Below are positions 17,233-25,753 of a stretch of DNA of 55,339 nt, in pieces (position 1 is the stretch's first letter; each line of letters begins with the position of its first letter). This stretch comes from Actinomycetes bacterium (GTDB lineage: Bacteria > Actinomycetota > Acidimicrobiia > IMCC26256 > PALSA-555), in the NCBI GenBank assembly GCA_037142235.1, contig JBAXBB010000002.1, positions 1-55,339 on the forward strand, written 5' to 3'. Below the pieces are notes generated by a model, which saw only the letters and a program-made list of their open reading frames with translations, ran no database searches and was not told the origin of the DNA. The position numbers and the translations under genes are program-made.

Positions 17233-19002
17233 ATGGCTGGCAAGACACTCGACGTCGAAGCGCTGCGGGCGAAGTACGCGGAGGAGCGCGACAAGCGCCT
17301 CCGGACCGACGGCAAGACCCAGTTCCAAGAGCTGACCGGTCAGTTCGCCGACTTCGACCGGGACCCGTTCGCCGACCCGAACTTCACCCGGGACTCCGTG
17401 ACCGAAGAGGTCGAGGTCGTGATCATGGGTGGCGGCTTCGGCGGCATGCTCGCCGCGGTGGAGCTCACCGAGCGGGGCGTCACCGACTTCCGCATCGTCG
17501 AGAAGGCGGCCGACTTCGGCGGCACCTGGTACTGGAACCGCTACCCGGGGTGCATGTGCGACGTCGAGTCGTACACGTACCTCCCCCTCCTCGAGGAGAC
17601 CGGGTTCATGCCGACGATGCGCTACTCGTCGGCCCAGGAGATCTTCGAGTACTGCCAGCGCATCGGTCGGCGGTGGAACCTCTACGACCGTGCGCTGTTC
17701 CAGACCAACATCACCGACGCCGTCTGGGACGAGGCCGCCGACCGCTGGCGGATCACCACCAGCCGGGGTGACGCGCTCACCACCAAGTTCCTCATCACCG
17801 CTGGCGGCATCCTCCACAAGGCCAAGCTCCCCGGCATCGAGGGCATCACCGACTTCCAGGGTCGCACCTTCCACGCCGGCCGCTGGGACTACGGCTACAC
17901 CGGTGGGTCCTGCACCGAGCCGATGACCAACCTGAAGGACAAGCGCGTCGGCATCATCGGCACCGGCGCCACTTCGATCCAGGCCGTGCCGCGCCTCGCC
18001 GAAGCGGCCCAGGAGCTCTTCGTCTTCCAACGCACGCCGTCTCCGGTCGGCGTCCGCAACAACGCCCCCACCGACGAGGCCTGGTTCAAGAGCCAGAAGC
18101 CCGGATGGCACTGGGAGCGCATCGTCAACTTCACCGCCGCCGTGACCGGCAAGAAGCCCGAGGTCAACCTGGTCCAGGACGGCTGGACCGAGGTCATGTG
18201 GGAGAACACCGCGGCCGACGGCACCCCGGAGGAGATCGCGGCGCTCGAGCTCTCCGACTTCGAGACGATGCAGTCGATGCGTGACCGCGTCGACGCGGTC
18301 GTGCAGGACCCGGAGATCGCGGAGAAGCTCAAGCCGTGGTACGGCAAGTCGTGCAAGCGGGTCTGCTTCCACGACGAGTACCTGCAGGCGTTCAACCGCG
18401 ACAACGTCCACCTGGTCGACACCGATGGCCAAGGCGTCGAAAGGATCACCGCGAACGGCGTGGTGGCCAACGGGGTCGAATACCCCGTCGACCTGCTGAT
18501 CATCGCGTCCGGGTACGAGAACGCCGTCGCCGACTACCACCGCCAGATCGGCTTCGACGCCAAGGGTCGCGGGGGCGTGCGGCTCAGCGAGAAGTGGGCG
18601 GCCGGGCCGCGCACCCTCCACGGGGTGTTCGCGGGGGACTTCCCGAACTGGTTCATGATGAGCACGATCCAGGGCTCGTTCGGGACCAACTACGTGCACT
18701 TCCTGCGCGAGTCGGCCCGCCACATCGCCTGGCTGGTCCAGACCTGCGACGAGCGCGGCATCAACTCCATCGAGGCCTCCACCGAGGCGGAGGAGGAGTG
18801 GCTGATGACGCTCTACGGTCGGCTCGGTCGCTTCGGCGACTACTCGGCCGTGTGCACGCCGTCGTACTACAACAACGAGCAGACCGAACCCGACGAGGCC
18901 GCCGCTCGCGGCGTGATCTTCGTGGGCGCGGTCCAGGACTGGGCCGCGGTGCTCGAGGGCTGGCGCGCCGACGGCAGCCTGGCCGGCACCGTCACCACCT
19001 GA
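17233..19002 (+). CDS. Baeyer-Villiger monooxygenase (cyclohexanone-monooxygenase type)
   Basis: ATG 17233 is preceded by AGGGGGAA. The protein has GGGFGGMLAA, ADFGGTWYWNRYPG, the fingerprint FQGRTFHAGRWD and VGIIGTGATSIQ. The upstream part of track ORF 16672..19002 overlaps the previous gene. Confidence 0.9.
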   Translation: MAGKTLDVEALRAKYAEERDKRLRTDGKTQFQELTGQFADFDRDPFADPNFTRDSVTEEVEVVIMGGGFGGMLAAVELTERGVTDFRIVEKAADFGGTWYWNRYPGCMCDVESYTYLPLLEETGFMPTMRYSSAQEIFEYCQRIGRRWNLYDRALFQTNITDAVWDEAADRWRITTSRGDALTTKFLITAGGILHKAKLPGIEGITDFQGRTFHAGRWDYGYTGGSCTEPMTNLKDKRVGIIGTGATSIQAVPRLAEAAQELFVFQRTPSPVGVRNNAPTDEAWFKSQKPGWHWERIVNFTAAVTGKKPEVNLVQDGWTEVMWENTAADGTPEEIAALELSDFETMQSMRDRVDAVVQDPEIAEKLKPWYGKSCKRVCFHDEYLQAFNRDNVHLVDTDGQGVERITANGVVANGVEYPVDLLIIASGYENAVADYHRQIGFDAKGRGGVRLSEKWAAGPRTLHGVFAGDFPNWFMMSTIQGSFGTNYVHFLRESARHIAWLVQTCDERGINSIEASTEAEEEWLMTLYGRLGRFGDYSAVCTPSYYNNEQTEPDEAAARGVIFVGAVQDWAAVLEGWRADGSLAGTVTT

Positions 19003-19008
19003 TCCGAC

Positions 19009-19025
19009 CCCGGCCGTCGGCCGGG
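19009..19025 (+). terminator. hairpin after the BVMO stop
   Basis: The sequence cccggcc-gtc-ggccggg forms a 7-bp GC stem. It lies 7 nt after the stop at 19002 and 22 nt before the next start. It could be an attenuator or terminator. There is no U-tract. Confidence 0.25.
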
Positions 19026-19046
19026 CACTGATCCGAGGAGCATCCC

Positions 19047-20306
19047 GTGGCCCGACCCCGCACGCCGGCGCCCCCCGTGCTGCTCCGCAGCGCCCGACTG
19101 CTCGACGTCGTCGCCGGCGAATACCTCACCCCCGGCGACGTCCTGGTCGAGGGCGGGCGCATCGTGGCGGTGCAACCGCGCGAGGTACCCGACGACGCCG
19201 TCGTCATCGACCTCGGTGACCTCACCCTGCTGCCGGGCCTCATGGACATGGAGGTCAACCTCGTCCTCGGTGGCCAGGACCACTCGAGCCCGCTCATCCC
19301 CGTGCAGGAGGACCCGGCCGTCCGCACCCTGCGCGCAGTCACCAACGCCCGACGCACCCTGCGGGCCGGCTTCACCACCGTGCGCAACCTCGGCCTCTTC
19401 GTCCAGACCGGTGGCATCCTGCTCGACGCCGCGCTGGCCAAGGCCTCCGACCTCGGCTGGATCGAGGCGCCGCGCATCGTGCCGGCGGGCCACGCCATCT
19501 GCCCCACCGGCGGGCACCTCGACCCCACCATGTTCGCGGCGTTCGCGCCCCACGTGCTGCCCCTCACCGTGGAGGAGGGCATCGCCAACGGCGAGGCCGA
19601 AGTGCGCAAGGCGGTGCGCTACCAGATCAAGTACGGCGCCCAGGTCATCAAGGTGTGCGCCAGTGGTGGCGTGATGTCGCACACGGGTCCGGCCGGCGCG
19701 CAGCAGTACTCCGACGGCGAGCTCGCCGCCATCGCCGACGAGGCCCACCGGGCCGGCCTCAAGGTCGCCGCGCACGCCCACGGCGACGACGGCATCCGGG
19801 CCTGCCTCCGAGCCGGCATCGACTGCATCGAGCACGGTTCGCTGGCCACCGAGGACACCCTCCAGGCGATGCTCGCCCAGGGCACCTTCCTCGTGGCCAC
19901 CACCTATCTGACCGACGCCATGGACGTGTCGCACGCCCCTCCGGCGCTGCAGGCCAAGGCCGCGGAGGTGTTCCCACGGTCCCGGGCCACGATCGGACGG
20001 GCGATCGAACTGGGGGTGAAGGTGGCGTGCGGCACCGACGCGCCGGCCATCCCCCACGGCCAGAACGCGAAGGAGCTCGCGGCACTGGTGACCCGCGGCA
20101 TGACCCCGCTCCAGGCCATCCGGGCCGCCACCACCGTGGCGGCGGAGTTGATCGGCGCCGACGACCGGGCCCGGATCGAGCCAGGCCTCCTGGCCGATCT
20201 CGTCGCCGTACCCGGCGACCCGCTCGCCGACATCACGACCACCCAGCAAGTGGCCTTCGTGATGAAGGGCGGGCAGGTGTTCAAGAACGCCACCGCCGGA
20301 ATCTGA
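19047..20306 (+). CDS. amidohydrolase superfamily protein (COG1228 / prolidase-imidazolonepropionase-like) with a non-canonical first metal motif
   Basis: The GTG start is preceded by GAGGAG. Motifs present are IKVCASGGV, AHAHG, IEHG and GTDA. Where HxH is expected after LLPGLxD, the sequence reads MDMEVNL. Confidence 0.8.
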   Translation: MARPRTPAPPVLLRSARLLDVVAGEYLTPGDVLVEGGRIVAVQPREVPDDAVVIDLGDLTLLPGLMDMEVNLVLGGQDHSSPLIPVQEDPAVRTLRAVTNARRTLRAGFTTVRNLGLFVQTGGILLDAALAKASDLGWIEAPRIVPAGHAICPTGGHLDPTMFAAFAPHVLPLTVEEGIANGEAEVRKAVRYQIKYGAQVIKVCASGGVMSHTGPAGAQQYSDGELAAIADEAHRAGLKVAAHAHGDDGIRACLRAGIDCIEHGSLATEDTLQAMLAQGTFLVATTYLTDAMDVSHAPPALQAKAAEVFPRSRATIGRAIELGVKVACGTDAPAIPHGQNAKELAALVTRGMTPLQAIRAATTVAAELIGADDRARIEPGLLADLVAVPGDPLADITTTQQVAFVMKGGQVFKNATAGI

Positions 20307-20311
20307 CCCCG

Positions 20312-20414
20312 GCGCAGCGCGTCGGTCAGATCGCGGGCTCGCGCACCGCGTCGATCAGATCGCGGGCTCGCGCAGCGCGTCGGTCAGATGGCGGGCTCGC
20401 GCACCGCGTCGATC
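20312..20414. repeat. 29-bp tandem repeat, about 3.5 copies (A-B-A'-B' pattern, effectively a 58-bp higher-order unit)
   Basis: Units run 20312-20340, 20341-20369, 20370-20398 and a partial copy 20399-20414. The unit is gcgca[g/c]cgcgtcg[g/a]tcagat[c/g]gcgggctc. The array spans the stop (20384-20386) of the minus-strand small ORF. Confidence 0.95.
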
Positions 20415-20725
20415 GCCGAGGCACCGGCGTCGGGGACGCGGGGCTGGCGCCAGCACTCGACCGCGAACGACACGGTCACGAGCGAGCAGCAGACCCACAG
20501 CAGGTTGACGCCTTCGGGCGACAGGTCCTCGACCTTGTACTGCTCGAGGTACTCGCACGCGGCCGGCAGGAGCCCCATCGCGACGTCGTAGAACGTCTGG
20601 AGCTCCTCCATGGTGCACCCGATCCGCTTGGCGAACCGGGCCTTCTCGCCCTGGATCGCCCAGTCGCCGAACGGCTCGAGGGCGGCGAAGCCGTCGGGGA
20701 ACTCGATCTTCGTCTCGACCGTCAT
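20384..20725 (-). CDS. small hypothetical protein (113 aa) downstream of the Rieske oxygenase
   Basis: Has balanced composition. A GAGAGG RBS lies before the ATG at 20725. The start is 45 nt downstream of the Rieske gene stop. I recognise no domain. Confidence 0.6.
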   Translation of the reverse strand: MTVETKIEFPDGFAALEPFGDWAIQGEKARFAKRIGCTMEELQTFYDVAMGLLPAACEYLEQYKVEDLSPEGVNLLWVCCSLVTVSFAVECWRQPRVPDAGASAIDAVREPAI

Positions 20726-20770
20726 CGTGTCGACCTCTCTGAATCGTTGCTCGATCGTTCCGGATCGCCG

Positions 20771-22054
20771 TCAGACCTTCGCCGGCGGGTTGGCCGCGGC
20801 GAAGTCCTCGACGTAGCGCTGGACGGTCTGGTGCAGGTGGCGGATCAAGATCTCCTGGTCGTTGAGCGGGAACTCCTTGACCGGGGTGTACGACTCGATC
20901 ATCCGCTGGGTGGCCTCGAGCGTGTTGCCGTCCTGGAGGCCGTACTCCTTGAACGACGCGACGGCCAGCTCCTGGCGCAGCCGGACCAGCGCGTTCTCCG
21001 GCGGCACGAAGTAGCAGGCGCCCTCGAAGATGTGGGTGTTGTAGCTGGTCGGCCAGTAGTGGTACGTGATCAGCCAGTTGGGCTTCCACGTGAGGATCAT
21101 GAAGTTCGGGAAGAACAGGAAGGAGTCGAGGCCCCACTGCTTCATGCCGGAGCGGTTCACGGCGTCGAAGTCCTGGATGTCGCAGCCGACGTCGGCGTAG
21201 TCCCACATCCCGAACAGTCCGCTGCGCAGGATGCGCTCGATCGGCTTGACGATGCTCGGATCCTTGGGCGGGGCCATGCCGCCCCACGACGACACGACGG
21301 CGTGCGGTCCGTCGATCTCGTAGTGCAGCGCCTCGTAGCCCTGGCGGTTGAGCTTCGCCGACTCTTCGGCGGTGGCCTGCTTCACGTGCAGGACGGGTGC
21401 GTGGTAGAACTCGACGAACGCGTCGATGAACAGCTTCCAGTTCGCGCCGATCTCGGCGCGGTACTTGTGCACCTGGGTCATCTTGTCGAACGGGAAGCCC
21501 TCCAGGCCCTGGCCGAAGAGGCCCAGGTACTCCGAGAGCGGCTGGGGCGTGGCCGGGTCGAAGTTGATGAAGATCCAGCCCTCCCACACCTCGAGGTGGA
21601 CCGACGCCAGCGGGTAGTCGGCCTTGTCGACGTCGAAGAACTCCTCCTCCTGCTGGATGAAGGCGAGCGAGCCGTCGAGGTCGTAGCGCCAGGCGTGGTA
21701 CTTGCACTGGAACTGCCGGCAGAACCCGCTGGTCTCCTCGGCCGGGAAGTCGCTCCAGACGAGCTTGTTGCCGCGGTGGCGACAGATGTTGTGGAAGGCC
21801 CGGTACTCGTGCTCGCCCGAGCGCACGACGATCACCGAGGTGCCCACGGCGTCGAGCTCCTTGGTGAAGTAGGAGCCCACCCGCGCCAGCTGCTCGACCC
21901 GACCGACGTTGAGCCAGGTGCGCCGGAAGACGGCGTCGCGCTCGGCTTCGTACCAGTCGGGCGAGACGGAGTCGGCGTAGGTCGTCGGCGTGGTCCGCAG
22001 GTGCGGGTAGTGCTCGGTCCAGGAGCCCTCGGCGGGCTTCGGGAAGTACGGCAT
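20771..22054 (-). CDS. Rieske [2Fe-2S] ring-hydroxylating oxygenase, alpha subunit
   Basis: Has the Rieske motif CRHRGNKL...CKYHAWRY and a mononuclear-Fe region DAFVEFYHAPVLH. I moved the start to ATG 22054 (MPYFPKP), which is preceded by GGAGGA. Confidence 0.85.
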   Translation of the reverse strand: MPYFPKPAEGSWTEHYPHLRTTPTTYADSVSPDWYEAERDAVFRRTWLNVGRVEQLARVGSYFTKELDAVGTSVIVVRSGEHEYRAFHNICRHRGNKLVWSDFPAEETSGFCRQFQCKYHAWRYDLDGSLAFIQQEEEFFDVDKADYPLASVHLEVWEGWIFINFDPATPQPLSEYLGLFGQGLEGFPFDKMTQVHKYRAEIGANWKLFIDAFVEFYHAPVLHVKQATAEESAKLNRQGYEALHYEIDGPHAVVSSWGGMAPPKDPSIVKPIERILRSGLFGMWDYADVGCDIQDFDAVNRSGMKQWGLDSFLFFPNFMILTWKPNWLITYHYWPTSYNTHIFEGACYFVPPENALVRLRQELAVASFKEYGLQDGNTLEATQRMIESYTPVKEFPLNDQEILIRHLHQTVQRYVEDFAAANPPAKV

Positions 22055-22180
22055 CGGGTCCTCCCGTGGGTTCGACCCGGGGACGATAACACAGGTCTCA
22101 CCAGGCGAGAAGCCCGTTCTCACCAGCCCGGGTCGGCGACAGGGGCGCCGGCCGAGCCGGGCGGAGTGGCGGGCGCCGCC

Positions 22181-23011
22181 TCAGGCGATGGGCTCGTCGC
22201 CCTTGATGGTCGTGCGGTGCATGTCGCGGGGCGACCCCCACGCGTAGGGCAGGACCCGGTGCAGCAGTCCCCGGTTGTCCCACATCACGAGGTCCCCCAC
22301 CTCCCAGGCGTGGGTGAGGACCCGGCCCGGGCTCGTGGCCCGCTCGAGCAACTCGGCCAGCAGGGCCCGGCCGTCGGCGGGGTCGAGCCCGACCACGTGG
22401 TCGGCGGTGGCGCTGAGCACCAGGGACCGACGACCGTCACGGTGACGCCACACCAGCGGGTGCTCCTTGGCCGGGCGCTGGGCCCAGAACGCGAGCTGCT
22501 CCTCCGTGGCGTCGGGGTGGATCAGCCGCTGGGCGGCCAGGAAGGTGTGGACCACCCGCAGCCCGTCGACGCGGTCGCGCACGTCGCCAGGCAGCTCCTC
22601 GTACGCGACGTAGGTGCTGACGAACTGGGTCTCACCCCCGTCGACCGCCACCTCGTGGGCGCACAGGAGCGTGGCCATGATCGGAACGTCTTCGGTCATG
22701 CCGTCGATGTGCCAGTCGACCGTGCCGCGCAGGTAGTCGGCCGACGGGTTGCGGGCGGGGTCGAGGGTGACCCGGAAGATCTCCGGCGGGTCGCAGTGGG
22801 AGAAGGTCTCGACCTCACCGAGCCTCCGGCTGAACGCGATCTGGAGGTCGTCGTCGTGGCCGAAGCCGCGGAACACCAGCACGCCGTGCGCGGCCAGCCC
22901 CGCGAGCAACCGGTCGGGCAGGTCGGGGTCGTGCACGAGCGCGTCACGATCGACCCCGACGACCTCGACCCCCACCGTGTCGCTCAACGGACGCAAGGTC
23001 ATCGCGGTCAT
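22181..23011 (-). CDS. TauD/TfdA-family Fe(II)/2-oxoglutarate dioxygenase
   Basis: Has an HxD motif in VDWHIDG and a C-terminal WDNRGLLHR. The ATG at 23011 overlaps the upstream stop as ATGA. The rest of track ORF 22181..23704 is out of context. Confidence 0.85.
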   Translation of the reverse strand: MTAMTLRPLSDTVGVEVVGVDRDALVHDPDLPDRLLAGLAAHGVLVFRGFGHDDDLQIAFSRRLGEVETFSHCDPPEIFRVTLDPARNPSADYLRGTVDWHIDGMTEDVPIMATLLCAHEVAVDGGETQFVSTYVAYEELPGDVRDRVDGLRVVHTFLAAQRLIHPDATEEQLAFWAQRPAKEHPLVWRHRDGRRSLVLSATADHVVGLDPADGRALLAELLERATSPGRVLTHAWEVGDLVMWDNRGLLHRVLPYAWGSPRDMHRTTIKGDEPIA

Positions 23012-23895
23012 CGGTCCTCCTCGTGGGTGGCACCTTCCACGAACACGAAGATGCGGGTGAAGTCGACGCCGGGCTCGGCGCCGGCGAAGCGCTGCCAGAC
23101 CGCCGCGGTGGACGAGCCCAGCTCGTCGGGCGCGCCCGCGACCGCCACCGCGCTCGTGTAGAGGGCGAGGTCCTTGGCCATCAGGGAGTTGGAGAACCCC
23201 GACGCGTACGTGCCGGTCAGCACGTGGTTGGGGAACTTGTCGTTCGTGGCGGTGTTCCGACCGCTCGAGGCGTCGAGCACCTCGATCATCGTGGCCGGGT
23301 CGAGCCCCACCGAGACCCCGAAGGCGACCGCCTCGCTGGTGGCCACGAGCGCGGTCGCCGACAAGAAGTTGTTGGCGAGCTTCATCGCCTGGGCCAGACC
23401 GGCCCGGTCCCCGACCCGCAGCCAGCGGTCGGTGAGGCCTTCCAGCACCGGCTCGACCGCGGCGCACGCGGCGTCGTCGGCGGCGTACATCAGCGCCAGC
23501 GTGCGGGCGCGCGCACCGGCCGGGCCACCGGAGACCGCGGCGTCGACGAACCCGACGCCCGCGGCACCGAGAATCCGCTCGACCGACCGGGCGACCTCCA
23601 ACCCCACGGTGGAGGTGTCGACGACGTGCGTGCACCGTCGGTCGGTGGTGAGCGCGACCTCGCGTGCCACCGCGGTCGAGGCGGCCCCGTCGGGGAGGCT
23701 CCACACCATGATCCCGGCCCGGCGGGCCACGTCGGCGACGCTCGGCACGAACGTCACGCCGACGGGGGCGACCTCGGGGCCGCGCCGGTCGGTGGCCACG
23801 AGCGAGAACCCGCGCGCCACCAGGTTGGCGGCCAGCACGCCACCCATGTTGCCCAGGCCGACGAACCCGACTGCCCGATCGGGGACTGCGCTCAT
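23008..23895 (-). CDS. NAD(P)-dependent oxidoreductase (3-hydroxyisobutyrate / 6-phosphogluconate dehydrogenase-like)
   Basis: Has the Rossmann motif VGFVGLGNMGGVLAANL. Length and pattern are typical of beta-hydroxyacid dehydrogenases. Confidence 0.8.
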   Translation of the reverse strand: MSAVPDRAVGFVGLGNMGGVLAANLVARGFSLVATDRRGPEVAPVGVTFVPSVADVARRAGIMVWSLPDGAASTAVAREVALTTDRRCTHVVDTSTVGLEVARSVERILGAAGVGFVDAAVSGGPAGARARTLALMYAADDAACAAVEPVLEGLTDRWLRVGDRAGLAQAMKLANNFLSATALVATSEAVAFGVSVGLDPATMIEVLDASSGRNTATNDKFPNHVLTGTYASGFSNSLMAKDLALYTSAVAVAGAPDELGSSTAAVWQRFAGAEPGVDFTRIFVFVEGATHEEDR

Positions 23896-24284
23896 GCGCC
23901 GGTGGCCTCAGTCCGATCGGCGCGGATGGCCTTGACGACCCGGCGGGCCGACAACCCGGCGGGCCCGCCGCAGTAGGCGGCGATCTGGAAGACGAGTTCG
24001 TCGATCTCGGCGTCGGTGACGCCGGTCCCGGCCTGGCTGCTCGCGTGGGTCCGGAACTCCTCCATCCGCCCGAGGGCGGCGGTCATGGCCATGACGAGGA
24101 GGCTGCGGTCGCGGGTGCTTAGCGCCCCACCGCGGGCCCAGACGCCCCAGGCCTGCAGGGTGATGTGGTCCTGGAACTCCTGGCCCACCGGGTCGGGGTC
24201 GGCGGTCTGGGCGTCGACGTAGGCGTCGCCGAGCACCGCCCGCCGCATCGTCCGGGCCGCCTCCAGGCGGTCGTCGGTGCTCAT
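23892..24284 (-). CDS. carboxymuconolactone decarboxylase (CMD) family protein
   Basis: A 130-aa protein with a CMD-like core (WARGGALSTRDRSLLVMAMTAALGR...ELVFQIAAYCG). Confidence 0.75.
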   Translation of the reverse strand: MSTDDRLEAARTMRRAVLGDAYVDAQTADPDPVGQEFQDHITLQAWGVWARGGALSTRDRSLLVMAMTAALGRMEEFRTHASSQAGTGVTDAEIDELVFQIAAYCGGPAGLSARRVVKAIRADRTEATGA

Positions 24285-24318
24285 CGTGGCGTCTCCTCCT
24301 CCGGTCGCGCGGACCGGG

Positions 24319-25749
24319 TCAGCCCAGCCCCAGGCTCACGGTCTTGACCTGGGCGAAGTCGTGCAGGGCCTCGAGACCCTTCTGACGACCGTAGCCACTC
24401 TGCTTGAACCCGCCGAAGGGCGTCTCGATCGTGAGGGCGCCCCCGTTGACCGACACCTGACCGGCGTCGATCCGCTCGGCCACCCGCAGACCCCGGGCGA
24501 CGTCGCCGCTCCAGACCGAAGCGACCAGGCCGAACTCGGTGTCGTTGGCCACCGCGACGGCGTCGGCCTCGCCGGTGAAGGGGAGCGTGACCAGGACCGG
24601 CCCGAACACCTCGTCGCGGGCGATGCGCAGCGAGGGGTCCACACGCGCGAAGAGGGTCGGTGCCACGTACTGGCCGCGCGCCCCGGGGCCGTCGGGATAG
24701 GCCGCGCCCCCCGTGACCGGCACGAGTCCGTCGGCGCGCGCGGTGGCGAGGTGGTCGAGGACCTTGGCGAACTGGGCCTCGGTGATGATCGGACCGAAGT
24801 CGACGCCCGGCTGCAGACGCTCGAGGATCGCCACCACCCGCGCCACGAACTCGTCGTGGACGGACTCCTCCACCACCAGCCGAGTGGTGGCCGAGCAGAC
24901 CTGGCCGGCGTTCGCGCTCGCCGCGCCCGCCGCAGCGGCGGCCGCCCGATCGAGGTCGGCATCGGCGAACACCACGACGGGCGACTTGCCGCCCAGCTCG
25001 AGGGTCACGGAGACGAGGCGATCGGCGGCCACGTGAGCCAGGTGCCGACCGGTGGCGACCGATCCGGTGAAGGCGACCCGCCGCACCAGCGGATGTGCCG
25101 CCAGCGGGGTGCCGACGTCGGGGCCGAGGCCGGTGACGACGTCGAGCAGCCCGTCGGGCAGACCGGCCTCCGTGGCGAGCCGCGCCAGGTGCACCGTGGA
25201 GGCCGACGTGAACTCCGAAGGCTTGACCACCACCGCGTTGCCCACGGCCAGGGCGGGTGCCACCGCCCGGCACGCCTGGTTCAGCGGGAAGTTCCACGGT
25301 GTGATGACGCCGACGACTCCGTAGGGTTCGAGCCGGGTGTAGGTGTGGTTCCCCGCTCCGAGGTCGACGGTGTGACCGTGGTGCGCGCCGAGCACACCCG
25401 CGTAGTACCGCACGTACGCCACCGCCGTGTCGAACTCGGTGCGCAGTTGTGCGTCGGTCTTGCCCGTGCAAGCGCGCTCGAGTCGGGCGAGGAGGTCGAG
25501 GTCGGACTCGAGCGCGTCGGCGACCCGGCGCAACACGCGGGCACGCTCGGAGGCCGGTGCCGCCGCCCAGGCCGGCTGGGCCGCCGCGGCCGCGGCCACC
25601 GCCTGGTCGACGTCGGCGGCGCTCCCGGCGGCGATCTCGTCGCCGGCCTCACGAGTCGCGGGCACGAGCGTGGGCAGGTAGGCACCGCTCGCCGGGGGAA
25701 CGCTCCTTCCCCCGATCCAGTGGTCGTGACGCACGGTGGTTCCACTCAC
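24319..25749 (-). CDS. NAD(P)-dependent aldehyde dehydrogenase
   Basis: Has ELGGKSP and the catalytic-Cys loop NAGQVCSATTR. Length is 476 aa. Confidence 0.9.
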   Translation of the reverse strand: MSGTTVRHDHWIGGRSVPPASGAYLPTLVPATREAGDEIAAGSAADVDQAVAAAAAAQPAWAAAPASERARVLRRVADALESDLDLLARLERACTGKTDAQLRTEFDTAVAYVRYYAGVLGAHHGHTVDLGAGNHTYTRLEPYGVVGVITPWNFPLNQACRAVAPALAVGNAVVVKPSEFTSASTVHLARLATEAGLPDGLLDVVTGLGPDVGTPLAAHPLVRRVAFTGSVATGRHLAHVAADRLVSVTLELGGKSPVVVFADADLDRAAAAAAGAASANAGQVCSATTRLVVEESVHDEFVARVVAILERLQPGVDFGPIITEAQFAKVLDHLATARADGLVPVTGGAAYPDGPGARGQYVAPTLFARVDPSLRIARDEVFGPVLVTLPFTGEADAVAVANDTEFGLVASVWSGDVARGLRVAERIDAGQVSVNGGALTIETPFGGFKQSGYGRQKGLEALHDFAQVKTVSLGLG

Positions 25750-25753
25750 GGGG

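Noticed and set aside
20312-20414. Possible CRISPR array, because the repeat unit length (29 bp) is CRISPR-like.
   Set aside because: The copies are strictly contiguous with no spacers. There are only about 3.5 units, no cas genes are present, and the array overlaps a gene's 3' end. It is a plain tandem repeat.
19655-23161. The 1168-aa plus-strand ORF, the longest in the track. Similar giants are 13374..16010 (+), 8228..10693 (+), 40444..42753 (+), 16672..17232 (+), 6844..8505 (-) and 9165..10874 (-).
   Set aside because: These ORFs are extremely Arg/Gly/Pro/Ala-rich with no motifs. They lie antisense or out of frame to genes with clear catalytic signatures. This is the expected stop-codon-poor artefact of about 70% GC DNA.
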